From IMG/VR virus record IMGVR_UViG_3300028906_000002: a stretch of 64,000 nt of DNA; one strand, given 5' to 3'. The notes under the pieces are model-generated. The model saw nothing but the letters and a program-made list of their open reading frames with translations. It did not search any database and was not told the DNA's origin. The translations under genes and the position numbers were made by a program. The DNA comes from a virus (taxonomy: Duplodnaviria; Heunggongvirae; Uroviricota; Caudoviricetes). Shown piece after piece: positions 36,890 through 46,678 of the stretch. Within the stretch, counting starts at the first letter, position 1. Each line of letters begins with the position of its first letter.

Positions 36890-38160
36890 GTTTGAGCCTT
36901 TCGGCGCGCTGGCCGAGCACCGAAGGGCAAGGAAAAAGGAAGGGCCGCTGCGTCAAACCTCGGGGGAGGAACGCAACGGCCCTGCAATCGGCTCTAGCTT
37001 CTCAGGGATCGTCTAATTGGCAGGACACCCGCCCCTACAAGTGTGGAGATGTCGGTCCGAACCCGGCTCCCTGAACCATCGAACTAGTGGGACCGACCGC
37101 GTTGGAGCGCTGCCGATCCCGAGTTACCAACCCCGGGATTGCGCCCCGAAGCGATAACCAGCCTGAATATACGCCTTGGAGGGCGTCTTTTCTAGGGTCG
37201 CTGACGGGCCATCCTTAACCAGAGGATTGCGCCCTCATGAACGTTCTTTCCCGCGAAAAGCAAATCGAAGTCATCGCCGCCCTCTGTGAAGGCGTCGGCA
37301 TCCGCACTGCCTCCCGCCTAACTGGCGTCAACCGTGGCACCGTTGGCAGCCTCGCCCTACGCGTCGGTCTTGGCTGCATGGAATTGCACGACCGAATCAT
37401 GGTCGGCGTTCGCACAGAGCGTCTAGAACTGGATGAGGCGTGGTCGTTCGTCGCGAAGAAGCAAAAGAACGTGCAGCGCCATGAAATCCACGCCAAGGGC
37501 AATCAGTACGTTTTCATCGCAATGGCCGGGACGCAAAAGGCCATCATCAGTTGGGGGGTCGGCAAGCGTAATGCCGAAAGCACCATGGATTTCCTGCACG
37601 ACTTGCGCGGGCGCGTCATCGGCCAACCCGAGATCAGCACGGACGGCTTTCACCCGTACCGCGTAGCGATCCGGGATGCCTTCGGCGATAGCGCATCGCA
37701 TGGCGTCATCGTAAAGACGTACAGCGTAACGCATCTGGTAAAGGAAGCGCAGGGCCGGTACTCGCCCGCCGCCGTAGTAGCTGTAAGCAAGGAAGTAGTA
37801 ACAGGCGATCCCGACCAATACATTTCGACCAGCTACGTCGAACGGCAGAACCTTTCGCTTCGCATGGGCAGCCGGCGCTTTACCCGGCTCACTAACGGCT
37901 TTTCAAAGAAGCTGGATAACCACGTTGCGGCGGTCGCGCTGTACGTCGCTCACTACAATCTCTGCCGGGTTCACGAAGCCCTGCGCACGACGCCAGCGAA
38001 GGCGCTGGGCATTGCCGATCGGACTTGGAGCATTGCGCAGCTTGTGGACGCGGCGCTTGCCGTTGCCCCTGCTACGCCCACCGAGACCCCGCCAGATCGA
38101 CGGCGAAAATTCACGGTAATTCAGGGGGGACGGGAGTGAACCAAGTCCCTCGGAGCGGGA
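36890..38160 (+). mobile_element. putative insertion sequence around the transposase gene (boundaries not resolved)
   Basis: Single transposase ORF flanked by about 350 bp and 20 bp non-coding. Terminal inverted repeats could not be identified by eye. Confidence 0.25.
37237..38139 (+). CDS. IS-type DDE transposase (IS1595/IS1-superfamily-like)
   Basis: N-terminal HTH. C-terminal FSKKLDNHVAAVALYVAHYNLCRVHEAL typical of IS1595-like transposases. Confidence 0.6.
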   Translation: MNVLSREKQIEVIAALCEGVGIRTASRLTGVNRGTVGSLALRVGLGCMELHDRIMVGVRTERLELDEAWSFVAKKQKNVQRHEIHAKGNQYVFIAMAGTQKAIISWGVGKRNAESTMDFLHDLRGRVIGQPEISTDGFHPYRVAIRDAFGDSASHGVIVKTYSVTHLVKEAQGRYSPAAVVAVSKEVVTGDPDQYISTSYVERQNLSLRMGSRRFTRLTNGFSKKLDNHVAAVALYVAHYNLCRVHEALRTTPAKALGIADRTWSIAQLVDAALAVAPATPTETPPDRRRKFTVIQGGRE

Positions 38161-38467
38161 CTAACTGCTGAGTCTTAGGTGCAACAGTCAAAAAAATAGG
38201 AACCGAACCGCTTGACACGCATTGACTCGCATGGGTCAGCACAAGCATAGATTGAATATGGCGAGTTTGCGATTCCACCTGAAATTTCAGCAGGATCAAA
38301 GATTCGTTAACTGTCAAGGGCTTTCTTGTTGACCATCTGTTAAATACCTATATCCTGACGGAAGCGGCTTGACAGGCGCGGATGGGCATCCGCGTCACAA
38401 TTAGTCGCGAATCAAACGTTAATACTTTTTTGCGAAGATAATAATGGCGAGAAACTGGAGCGTCCTA

Positions 38468-38625
38468 TGGCAAAAACATCGGAAAAGACAACGGCGCCGA
38501 CCCGGACGGGCGACGACTTCGTCCGTATGTATCCCTGTAACCGCCTAAATGAGCAAATCCGCGACCCGAAAGAAGGCCTGAGCGCCTTCACCGTGCTCAA
38601 AGAGACGTTTTTCGCGGAAAAATAA
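38468..38625 (+). CDS. 52-aa hypothetical protein
   Basis: GGAG RBS. Followed immediately by a strong terminator. Confidence 0.25.
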
Positions 38626-38652
38626 GCGGTTCCCTAGCAAATAGTTAACGGA

Positions 38653-38684
38653 AGGCCTTGCTAATTGCAGGGCCTTTTTTTATG
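38653..38684 (+). terminator. rho-independent terminator
   Basis: AGGCCTTGC-taat-TGCAGGGCCT stem followed by TTTTTTT. Confidence 0.5.
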
Positions 38685-38737
38685 GCTGAACGCTTGGTTT
38701 TTTGCAACTCCGCCGCGAATCGCGGCAAGGTAGTAAA

Positions 38738-39292
38738 ATGAACGGTATTTTCAAATCTCTCGAAGATCCGGCTTTTTTCAAAAAGTATGTAACGGAAAGC
38801 TTCGAGACTGCACCATCGGCCGTGATCGAGGATTTCCCCTGTGAGCACACGATCGATCCCGAGCGTGTTCAATTTTCGCATGGCGAATATGTCCAAAACA
38901 TCAAACAGTATGAGGTACTGCTCCATTCCGAGAACCCAGATCACTACAAGCGATCTGGCGCTATGCTGCACGCGCTTTACAAAAGCGACATCGTGACATC
39001 GGTAGAATTTCATGCAAGCCAATACGGCTCGCTGGAAGACGTCGAATGCGGTCATGTCTTGGGCGTTGATTATTCTCAGGCCCAGCAAATGATCCGCTTC
39101 CCCCTCTTTTATCAGTCATTTCACAATCAGATTTTGGCATTCAACTTGGCGTATCAATTGTGCTCTGCTTATGAGCCGTCTCCGCGCGGATATGATTTTG
39201 GGTATCTTTATAATGTGGCTCATTACCTGAGGAAGAACAGAGACACGACCGTCGATTCTCTGTCCATGCTCTTCAGGTCTCTCATGCATTGA
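38738..39292 (+). CDS. hypothetical 184-aa protein, low-GC (accessory or possible small terminase)
   Basis: About 48% GC versus about 58% in flanks. Sits immediately upstream of the large terminase. No recognisable motif. Confidence 0.45.
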   Translation: MNGIFKSLEDPAFFKKYVTESFETAPSAVIEDFPCEHTIDPERVQFSHGEYVQNIKQYEVLLHSENPDHYKRSGAMLHALYKSDIVTSVEFHASQYGSLEDVECGHVLGVDYSQAQQMIRFPLFYQSFHNQILAFNLAYQLCSAYEPSPRGYDFGYLYNVAHYLRKNRDTTVDSLSMLFRSLMH

Positions 39293-39363
39293 AAGCCATT
39301 AGTGGCCTATTTCGCATCTGCGAGTGGCCTATTTCGGCCAGTACCCACGGAGGCAAACCGGAA

Positions 39364-39702
39364 ATGCGCGAGGACATGACAAAAATCGGAAGCGGCCTTA
39401 ACAAAATCGCGAATCTTGCCTATCGGGGCCAATTCACCGTCTGGGCGATGAAAATCACCGGTCAGTTCAATCCGGTTGTTCTTACGGCGGAAGCGCTTTC
39501 GTTCCTCGTGCAGGAATCTGGCCTCGCTAGTGGTTTGGGCGAATGGCGAAATGAACGTCGCGGCGTTTTCGGCGCGTTCCATCTCGCTACCGCACAAGAA
39601 GAAAAAGAATGGGAATCCTATGTGAAGGGAAAGGGTCCGCTTCCCATGCCCGAAGGCTATCGGCAGCTTTGCTTGTCGCTGACAGGCAAATTCCGGTCCT
39701 GA
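39364..39702 (+). CDS. hypothetical protein
   Basis: Met26 of ORF 39289-39702, which has a TTG start overlapping the previous gene. Confidence 0.35.
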   Translation: MREDMTKIGSGLNKIANLAYRGQFTVWAMKITGQFNPVVLTAEALSFLVQESGLASGLGEWRNERRGVFGAFHLATAQEEKEWESYVKGKGPLPMPEGYRQLCLSLTGKFRS

Positions 39703-39786
39703 TCGGAACGGTAATAAAAGGAAAGCCTCCTCAGGAAAAATCTTGGGGAGGTTTTTCTTATGGTTATTCGTGCTAGTTAAGAGTGC

Positions 39787-41385
39787 ATGAATGCTCGTAC
39801 TGAAGCCGCCGCTTATCGTATTATATGGGAAGCATTGCCTGGCCCTCAGACGTGGCTTTTGTCGTGTCCGATATTTGAAGTATTTTTCGGAGGTGCTAGA
39901 GGTGGTGGAAAATCAGACGGAATGCTTGGAGATTTTGCATCGCATGCCGATGAATTCGGAGAGGATGCAATCGGTCTGATTCTCAGAAGAGAATTGACCC
40001 AACTTCGTGAACTTATTGAACGATCTAAACAAATTTATCGGCCGCTCGGCGCCGAATGGAATGTTCAAGAAAAGATGTGGCGTTTCCCGAATGGAGCGCG
40101 TCTCACATTTGCGTATATGGACAACGACGATGATGCTGACCGGTACCAAGGCAGCGCTTTTTCCAGAATATACATCGAGGAATTAGGCGGCTTTCCCGAT
40201 CCGAAACCCATTTTCAAACTCATGGCGTGTATTCGTTCACCCAACCCCAAAGTACGTTGCGGGTTCAGAGCGACTGGCAACCCAGGCGGTAGCGGTCACC
40301 AGTGGATTCGACAACGCTATATTTCTCCTGCTCCGGGCGGGATGAAAGTCATAAAATCGAAGTTTGTCAATCCGTTCACGAAAGAGGAATTTGAACAAGA
40401 AAGGGTATATATTCCTAGCAAGATAACGGACAATAAGTATAATAATACCCCTCAATATGTTGCCCGTCTGCAGATGGTTGGTAATGCCAATCTGGTTAAG
40501 GCATGGCTGGAGGGAAGTTGGGACATCATCGAAGGTGCCTATTTTGATGAATGGAACGAGCACCGCCATGTGATTCCGCAGTTTATAATCCCTGCACATT
40601 GGACGCGATACGTATCGATGGATTGGGGGAGCGCTAGACCCTCTGCGGTGCAATGGTGGGCCGTCGTTCCAGATAAATTCGATCCGATGCCAGATCATTT
40701 GCCCAGTACCTTTGACCCGCGATATGCTTATAAAAATAATCTGCCTCGGGGAGCGCTCGTCTGTTATCGAGAATGGTATACTTGTGCCACAGATGAAAAT
40801 GGCCAGAGTTTGCACAACAATACCGGTCAAAAGTTAACGGCTGAGCAATTCGCAAGCGGGGTGGCGGAACGAGAAAAGCGCGAACCGCGAGACGAGAATG
40901 GGCGTCCGAGGATGGCGTATCGAGTCGCTGATCCGTCAATATTCAAGGAGGATGGTGGCCCCTCTCTCGCTGAGCGGTTTGCGGCTGAACCTTATTTTCA
41001 TTTCTGGCGCCCAGCCGATAATGCTCGCGTCGCACGAAAAGGTGCTATGGGTGGCTGGGATTTGGTCCGCGCTCGGCTAATTGGGGAGGATGGCGAGCCA
41101 ATGATTTACTTTTTCCCCAATTGCGTTGATACTATTAGGACATTACCAGTGCTTCAGCATGACAAAGATAATATTGAGGATGTGGAAACCGACAATGTTG
41201 AAGACCATTGCGCAGATTCCACACGCTATAGTTGCGCAAGCCGCCCCTATTCCCGCCCGGAAGGCGATCCCGACAAAGGCCGCATCATGACGGTAGGCCC
41301 GGACAATCAGTTGCAGATCAAAGATGTCATGGGAGACTTCGAAGCACCGCGCGAGGCGAAGTTCATTCCGATTAAGAGGATTTAG
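39787..41385 (+). CDS. terL: terminase large subunit
   Basis: Walker A GGARGGGKSDG. Walker B-like YIEELGGF. C-terminal nuclease acidic residues (MDWGSARPS...EDHCADSTRY). 532 aa. Confidence 0.85.
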   Translation: MNARTEAAAYRIIWEALPGPQTWLLSCPIFEVFFGGARGGGKSDGMLGDFASHADEFGEDAIGLILRRELTQLRELIERSKQIYRPLGAEWNVQEKMWRFPNGARLTFAYMDNDDDADRYQGSAFSRIYIEELGGFPDPKPIFKLMACIRSPNPKVRCGFRATGNPGGSGHQWIRQRYISPAPGGMKVIKSKFVNPFTKEEFEQERVYIPSKITDNKYNNTPQYVARLQMVGNANLVKAWLEGSWDIIEGAYFDEWNEHRHVIPQFIIPAHWTRYVSMDWGSARPSAVQWWAVVPDKFDPMPDHLPSTFDPRYAYKNNLPRGALVCYREWYTCATDENGQSLHNNTGQKLTAEQFASGVAEREKREPRDENGRPRMAYRVADPSIFKEDGGPSLAERFAAEPYFHFWRPADNARVARKGAMGGWDLVRARLIGEDGEPMIYFFPNCVDTIRTLPVLQHDKDNIEDVETDNVEDHCADSTRYSCASRPYSRPEGDPDKGRIMTVGPDNQLQIKDVMGDFEAPREAKFIPIKRI

Positions 41386-41390
41386 CCTGC

Positions 41391-44003
41391 ATGTCCATGG
41401 TTGAGGACGATCGTGATCCGACAGAAGACGATGAGCCGGAAGACACTGGCCGCGATCCGATCATGGATGATCCGCAAGAATCCCAGCGGATGGCGAAGTA
41501 TTGGAAGGGCGAGATACATGCGGTCGAGCAGGCCAATGAGAATTGGTACAAGCGCGGCGAGGATATCCTAAAGCGGTACCGGGATGAGCGGAAAGCGGCT
41601 CAGAATGAACAACGACGGTTGAACCTGCTTTGGTCGTCGGTGCAGATTTTGAAACCGGCGGTTTACGCCAAGGTTCCCCAAGCAGTTTGTGAGAGGAAAT
41701 TCAATGATCGTGATCCTGTCGGGCGTGTATCTGCTACTATCCTTGAGCGCGCCCTTCGGAACGAACTACAGGAAAACGGTTTTCATCCGTCTATGCGCCG
41801 CGCGCGGGATGACTACCTCCTGCCTGGACGCGGGCAACTCTGGGTAAGATATGAGCCAGAAATCGGTGAAGGATTATCCGTCCCGACCTCAGTTGAGCCG
41901 GACGTTGCTGACGCTAGCGGAGAGATTGAGCCGCCAGACGAGAGCGAGGAGACCGAGAAACTTGAGGAGACAGGTTCCCAAATCCTGAGCGAATCGGTTC
42001 CGGTGGATTACGTCCACTGGAAAGATTTTATGATGTTTCCGAGCACGGCTCGGACGTGGGAAGAGGTTCAAGCGGTCGGCAAACGGATATTCACGTCGAA
42101 AACCTACAATATTGAGAGATTCGGCGAGGAGATCGGCCGCAAGATATTGGCTGATCCGCAGATGTCGATGCGCGATCGTATCGCAGGGGATACAGCCGCT
42201 TATACATTGGACGATCATAATACCCGGAAGCGGGTAATTTACGAGATTTGGAACAAGGCGGACCGGAAAGCCTATTGGGTTTCGACGGGGTATGATTCGC
42301 TGTGTGACTGTCGTCAGGACCCGCTAGAACTTAGGAATTTTTTCCCGTGCCCGGAGCCGCTTTCGGCCACGATGACGAACGAATCGCTGATTCCGGTCCC
42401 CGATTTCACGGAATATCAGGATCAGGCCAACCAAATCGACGAATTGACGCAGCGAATCAGCCTTTTGGCGAAGGCGTGTAAGCTTGCGGGCACCTATGAT
42501 GCTTCGAATAAGGGTTTGCGTCGTCTTTTGGATGAAACGGTCGAGAATGAACTGATTCCGGTAGAGAATTGGGCGATGTCGGCGCAAAAAGGCGGTGTTG
42601 CGGGCTCGATTTCGTTCCTGCCGATTAAAGAAGTCGCGGAAGTGCTCCAAATATTGATGGGAGTCCGCGATAAGGTCATGCAGGACTTTGATCGGGTCAC
42701 TGGAATGCAGGCATTGGTCAGCCAAACCGATGATGCGCGGGAAACCCTTGGCGGACAGCGATTGAAAGCTAATGGAGGGCAGACCAGGATTGAGGACCGG
42801 CGGGAGGAAGTCGGTCGATTTGCTCGTGATGTTGTCCGATTGGTGGCTGAGGTTATCGCCAAGCATTTCCAGCCGGCCACACTGATAGAAATATCCGGGA
42901 TTTTGTATGAGGAAGGCATTGATCCTGCCTCAATGCAGCCAGTGGCAACGGATGCGCCACCGATCGCGCCTCCAATGGCTCCTCCTGCTACGGGAATGGC
43001 CCCTCCGGGCGGACAGATACAGTTACCGCCGCCACAGCCCGGCGCGCCGATGGCCCCGCCAATGGTGCCCGGGCAGCCTCCTGGCACGATGCCACCGCCC
43101 GGAACCGGAATGGTGCCGTTTCAGCCTCCGATGGGTGGCGCACCTCCCGGAATGCCGATGCCCGGCCAGATGCCATCCCCGCCTGGAATTGGCATGCCGA
43201 CGCCTCCACCTGGGGCATCGCCGCTGCTGTCACCAAAGGTGATGCAGGTATTGCAGCGCATCAAGAAGGCGATAGACCTCCTAAAGCAGGATATCCCTCG
43301 CGGCTACCGGATTGATATCGAAACCGACACGATGATTGCGGGCGATGTCCAGCAAGAGCGGCAGGACGCGACTGAATTTATCACGGCGGTGACGAAATTC
43401 CTTGAGACGGCACAGATGTTGGGCGGACAAAATCCTGCCATCGTTCCGTTACTGGCCAAAATGCTGCAATGGGGTGTGCGGAAATTCCGGACCGGTCGTG
43501 ATCTGGAATCGGCGATCGACGAATATGCAGAGAAGGCGGAAAAGACGGCTACGGCCAACGCAGCGAATATGGGGGGCCATCAGAATCCGGAACAGATTAA
43601 AGCGGCAGCCGATGCGGCGCGAGGCCAAGCCGAGATACAAAAGGCCAAGATCGATCAGCAATCCCAAGCCCAGAACGATCAGAGAGACCAAACTATTGCA
43701 GCGCAAAACCATCAATGGGATGTCGAAAAGCTCCAGATGGAAATGCAGATGCAGCGGGAACGGCATGCATTCGAGATGCAGAAACTGGCCAGCGAGAGGA
43801 TGGCGCATGCGGCGCAGACTGGTTTACCGGTCCCGTCGATGGAGACGGCGACGGCGCAAGGCCACCAAGACAACGTGATGCATTTGGCGAATGCGGCTAA
43901 TCTTATCCACAAGGCAGCGACTACGAAAAAGAGGATAGTTCGCGACCCCAGCGGCCGTGCTATCGGTATTGAGCCTATTCCGGAAATAGAGAATCCACAA
44001 TGA
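41391..44003 (+). CDS. portal protein with Pro-rich tract and C-terminal coiled-coil (P22-like)
   Basis: 870 aa directly after terL. About 90-aa Pro-rich low-complexity insert. Long C-terminal helical segment as in P22-type portal barrels. Confidence 0.6.
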   Translation: MSMVEDDRDPTEDDEPEDTGRDPIMDDPQESQRMAKYWKGEIHAVEQANENWYKRGEDILKRYRDERKAAQNEQRRLNLLWSSVQILKPAVYAKVPQAVCERKFNDRDPVGRVSATILERALRNELQENGFHPSMRRARDDYLLPGRGQLWVRYEPEIGEGLSVPTSVEPDVADASGEIEPPDESEETEKLEETGSQILSESVPVDYVHWKDFMMFPSTARTWEEVQAVGKRIFTSKTYNIERFGEEIGRKILADPQMSMRDRIAGDTAAYTLDDHNTRKRVIYEIWNKADRKAYWVSTGYDSLCDCRQDPLELRNFFPCPEPLSATMTNESLIPVPDFTEYQDQANQIDELTQRISLLAKACKLAGTYDASNKGLRRLLDETVENELIPVENWAMSAQKGGVAGSISFLPIKEVAEVLQILMGVRDKVMQDFDRVTGMQALVSQTDDARETLGGQRLKANGGQTRIEDRREEVGRFARDVVRLVAEVIAKHFQPATLIEISGILYEEGIDPASMQPVATDAPPIAPPMAPPATGMAPPGGQIQLPPPQPGAPMAPPMVPGQPPGTMPPPGTGMVPFQPPMGGAPPGMPMPGQMPSPPGIGMPTPPPGASPLLSPKVMQVLQRIKKAIDLLKQDIPRGYRIDIETDTMIAGDVQQERQDATEFITAVTKFLETAQMLGGQNPAIVPLLAKMLQWGVRKFRTGRDLESAIDEYAEKAEKTATANAANMGGHQNPEQIKAAADAARGQAEIQKAKIDQQSQAQNDQRDQTIAAQNHQWDVEKLQMEMQMQRERHAFEMQKLASERMAHAAQTGLPVPSMETATAQGHQDNVMHLANAANLIHKAATTKKRIVRDPSGRAIGIEPIPEIENPQ

Positions 44004-44182
44004 ATGTCGATAAGGATGGCATTGTGCACCAGCCAAGCCGGAAGTGGTATTCCATGCGAGAGACGCTGGAAATTTATGCCAACGGCGGCCATGTTGTTTT
44101 GACATTGAAAGAACCGACGCCGCGCCAGAAGTCTTTGGCGGCGTTTAGGGCTAGAAAAGATAATGGAGATTCCAATAAATGA
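44000..44182 (+). CDS. hypothetical protein
   Basis: ATGA-coupled to portal. Confidence 0.3.
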   Translation: MNVDKDGIVHQPSRKWYSMRETLEIYANGGHVVLTLKEPTPRQKSLAAFRARKDNGDSNK

Positions 44183-44928
44183 AGGTTGCCCTTGTCGGCA
44201 CGTGCCCAAGCTCCCGCATGCTAGCCCCCTACGCTAACGGAGATTGGGAAATATGGGCATGTTCTCCCGGTAACGCCTATGGGTTACTGCCTCGGATAAC
44301 GCGGTGGTTTGAGATACACGGCGATCTTGGCTGGGCGGAATCGGGGAGATGGGGGGCGTCGAAATATGTGGATTGGCTGAATGAGCAAGAGTTTATGATC
44401 TATGCTCAGAGCCGAGAATATATCAAGCACGCAACGCCGTATCCGATTGACGAGATGATCGCGAAGCACAGTCTGTATTTCTTCACCAGCACGTTCGCCT
44501 ATATGATGGCGCTGGCGATTGCGGAGGGGGCAACAGAAATCGGGCTGTACGGCATCGATATGTCCGGGTCAACGGAATATCAGGAACAGCGTCCCGCAAT
44601 GCAGCATTTCATTGTCATGTGTATGGCGATGGGGATCAAGGTTGGCGCTCCGGACGAGAGCGATATCATGCGACCACCGCCACTGTATGGTTATGGCGAT
44701 GCCACACCGCACGGTAGGAAAATGTATGTCTACCAGAACGAAATCGAATCCAAGATCAAGGAAACCGAGAACTTCAAGCGGCAGTCCGAATTGGACATTG
44801 CCTTGCTCAAGGGTGTGAGTGAAGGAATCGATTATGCGCGCCGGATTTGGGGAAATGATCGGGTTCCGCTGCGACCATTGAACGTGGTAGAACCAAAACC
44901 GCTCAAGCTTGTGACGACGAACGAATAG
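44179..44928 (+). CDS. Maf/DUF115-like (MptE-like) putative glycosyltransferase, paralog 1
   Basis: ALVGTCPSS...WEIWACSPGNAY...GATEIGLYGIDMSG aligns with the paralog at 54575 (ALVGGGPSLKD...VMVCGSAHDW...GYTDLHFFGFDSCM). The GxGPS loop is the DUF115 hallmark. Confidence 0.45.
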   Translation: MKVALVGTCPSSRMLAPYANGDWEIWACSPGNAYGLLPRITRWFEIHGDLGWAESGRWGASKYVDWLNEQEFMIYAQSREYIKHATPYPIDEMIAKHSLYFFTSTFAYMMALAIAEGATEIGLYGIDMSGSTEYQEQRPAMQHFIVMCMAMGIKVGAPDESDIMRPPPLYGYGDATPHGRKMYVYQNEIESKIKETENFKRQSELDIALLKGVSEGIDYARRIWGNDRVPLRPLNVVEPKPLKLVTTNE

Positions 44929-44937
44929 GAGGCGACA

Positions 44938-45402
44938 CTGAGTTACTTTTTTATCAACGGCGCACTGACGGCATCAGCCGCGTTCAACCAATACGGTGCT
45001 CTTGTTTATGCTGGAGCGACGCCTCGACGCGGCAAGGTATATGAATTGCTGATGGGAGCGGCATCGGCACCAAGCGCGACCGATACGCCGATTCAGTATG
45101 ATCTTTCCCGGGTCACCAGCTCGGCGAGCGGCGGAACATCATATGCGCCTCAGGTTCTCGATCCTGCGGATATAGCGACGCCATCAGCGGTTGCTTACAT
45201 CACGGCATCGGGGGCGACGCTCACCGCATCAAGTTCGGTATTCAACGTCAACCTGAACCAGCGCAACTCGCAGCGATGGACGGCGGCGCAGGAAAGCCAG
45301 GCGCTGATTTATCCGGCTACAGCGAGCAACGGATTTGCGTTCCGGGCGCTGTCACCGTCCTACGGTGGTTCGGTTGGCACCGGATTATATTTCCAGGAGT
45401 GA
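44938..45402 (+). CDS. hypothetical protein with non-canonical (CTG) start or amber read-through extension
   Basis: Open frame from 44929 continues in the same frame as the upstream gene past its TAG. Perfect AGGAGG sits 5 nt before a CTG. First ATG/TTG only at 45046/45052. Confidence 0.3.
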   Translation: MSYFFINGALTASAAFNQYGALVYAGATPRRGKVYELLMGAASAPSATDTPIQYDLSRVTSSASGGTSYAPQVLDPADIATPSAVAYITASGATLTASSSVFNVNLNQRNSQRWTAAQESQALIYPATASNGFAFRALSPSYGGSVGTGLYFQE

Positions 45403-45406
45403 TTTT

Positions 45407-45709
45407 GTGTCGCTCCGTTACGGAAAATCAACTGGGTTTTTCGAAACGATCGGGCCAGAGGGCACGGTTCGCAAAAATACGTATAAGTGTCAACATTGCC
45501 AGTTCATTGTCAGTTTTGAACCGTTCTGCGATCCTGCGGACGCTGGCGGTCATTGCAAGCTTTGCGATGATTTGATCTGCAAGAACTGTGTCCGTCGCGG
45601 CGTGTGCATCACGGTTGAGGAGATGTTGGCCCACATGGAAGGCGGCTGGATAGATCGCGCCAAGCTTGAGGAATGGGAGAAAACTCCTGTGATCGCGATC
45701 GGAACGTGA
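45407..45709 (+). CDS. Cys-rich zinc-binding protein
   Basis: GTG start. CQHC...CKLCDDLICKNC. Confidence 0.35.
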   Translation: MSLRYGKSTGFFETIGPEGTVRKNTYKCQHCQFIVSFEPFCDPADAGGHCKLCDDLICKNCVRRGVCITVEEMLAHMEGGWIDRAKLEEWEKTPVIAIGT

Positions 45710-45712
45710 TGC

Positions 45713-46666
45713 ATGACATTGTTATTTGTTGATCTTGCCAGATTTAATCCGACACTTGGCGGCACAACGGATTGGGTAGTTTCATCAGCTGCTGCTGGTT
45801 GTCAGACACCAGCCTTGGGTGGAATTACGAATGGAATCACGGTTAAATATTATGCTGTCAGTGCTGATCTGACACAATGGGAAATCGGTCAAGGAGTCTA
45901 TAATACCGGTACAAGCACCCTTCCCCGCACCACAGTGCTTTATAACTCTTCGGGCACCGGGACTGCATCAGGCCAGTCTGGTGCTGGCACGAAAATCAAT
46001 TTTTCGACCGTGCCCCAAGTATCGCTTGTCGCACTCGCGGAGGATATGGCCTTTACGCCGGGTAGTTGGACACAAACCGTATTAACTTCCGGTTCCGGGA
46101 CGTACAACCGAAAAACAGGTTGCACAGCAATTCGGGTCCGACTTGTCGGCGGCGGCGGCGGCGGCGGCGGCTCTGGTACGACCCCTGGCGCGGCAACAGG
46201 CGGCGGCAACACGACGTTCGGAACGTCACTATTGACAGGCAATGGTGGCGCTCCCGGTACTACCGGGGGCGGTTCTGCGGCTGGCGGCACTGGCACTGGC
46301 GGAACTGTCAATGTTACAGGACAAAATGGCGGTTCAAGTCAAGGCGGCCTAAATCATGATGGTGGTTATGGTGGTAATGCGCCCTTCGGGCTTGGATTCG
46401 GTGGTCCAGGTGGTCCAGCGGGGGCAAATCAGGGATCAGCTGCGACTGGCTTTGGTGCTGGCGGCGGGGGCGCTGGTGATGCCGGTACCGGAAATACTGG
46501 TGGTGGTGGCGCCGCTGCCGGTGGTGTTGAAACTCTGATCGTAAGTCCTGCTGCAAGTTATTCCTATGTTGTAGGTGCAGCAGGAGCCGCAGGAACTGCC
46601 GGCACAGCGGGTGCTGCGGGCGGTGCTGCAGTTGGCGGAATTATCATAATTGATGAATACTATTAA
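45713..46666 (+). CDS. glycine-rich protein (tail-fibre-like)
   Basis: GGGGGGGGSGTTPGAATGGGNTTFG... C-terminal GGIIIIDEYY. Confidence 0.45.
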   Translation: MTLLFVDLARFNPTLGGTTDWVVSSAAAGCQTPALGGITNGITVKYYAVSADLTQWEIGQGVYNTGTSTLPRTTVLYNSSGTGTASGQSGAGTKINFSTVPQVSLVALAEDMAFTPGSWTQTVLTSGSGTYNRKTGCTAIRVRLVGGGGGGGGSGTTPGAATGGGNTTFGTSLLTGNGGAPGTTGGGSAAGGTGTGGTVNVTGQNGGSSQGGLNHDGGYGGNAPFGLGFGGPGGPAGANQGSAATGFGAGGGGAGDAGTGNTGGGGAAAGGVETLIVSPAASYSYVVGAAGAAGTAGTAGAAGGAAVGGIIIIDEYY

Positions 46667-46678
46667 AGGAGAGATTTA

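Noticed and set aside
36890-38160. Precise IS boundaries and inverted repeats
   Set aside because: Could not find convincing terminal inverted repeats or target-site duplications by eye. Only the transposase CDS is reported with confidence.
38738-39292. Calling this gene the small terminase subunit
   Set aside because: Position fits, but there is no basic N-terminal HTH or typical TerS features and GC is anomalous. Left as hypothetical with the alternative noted.
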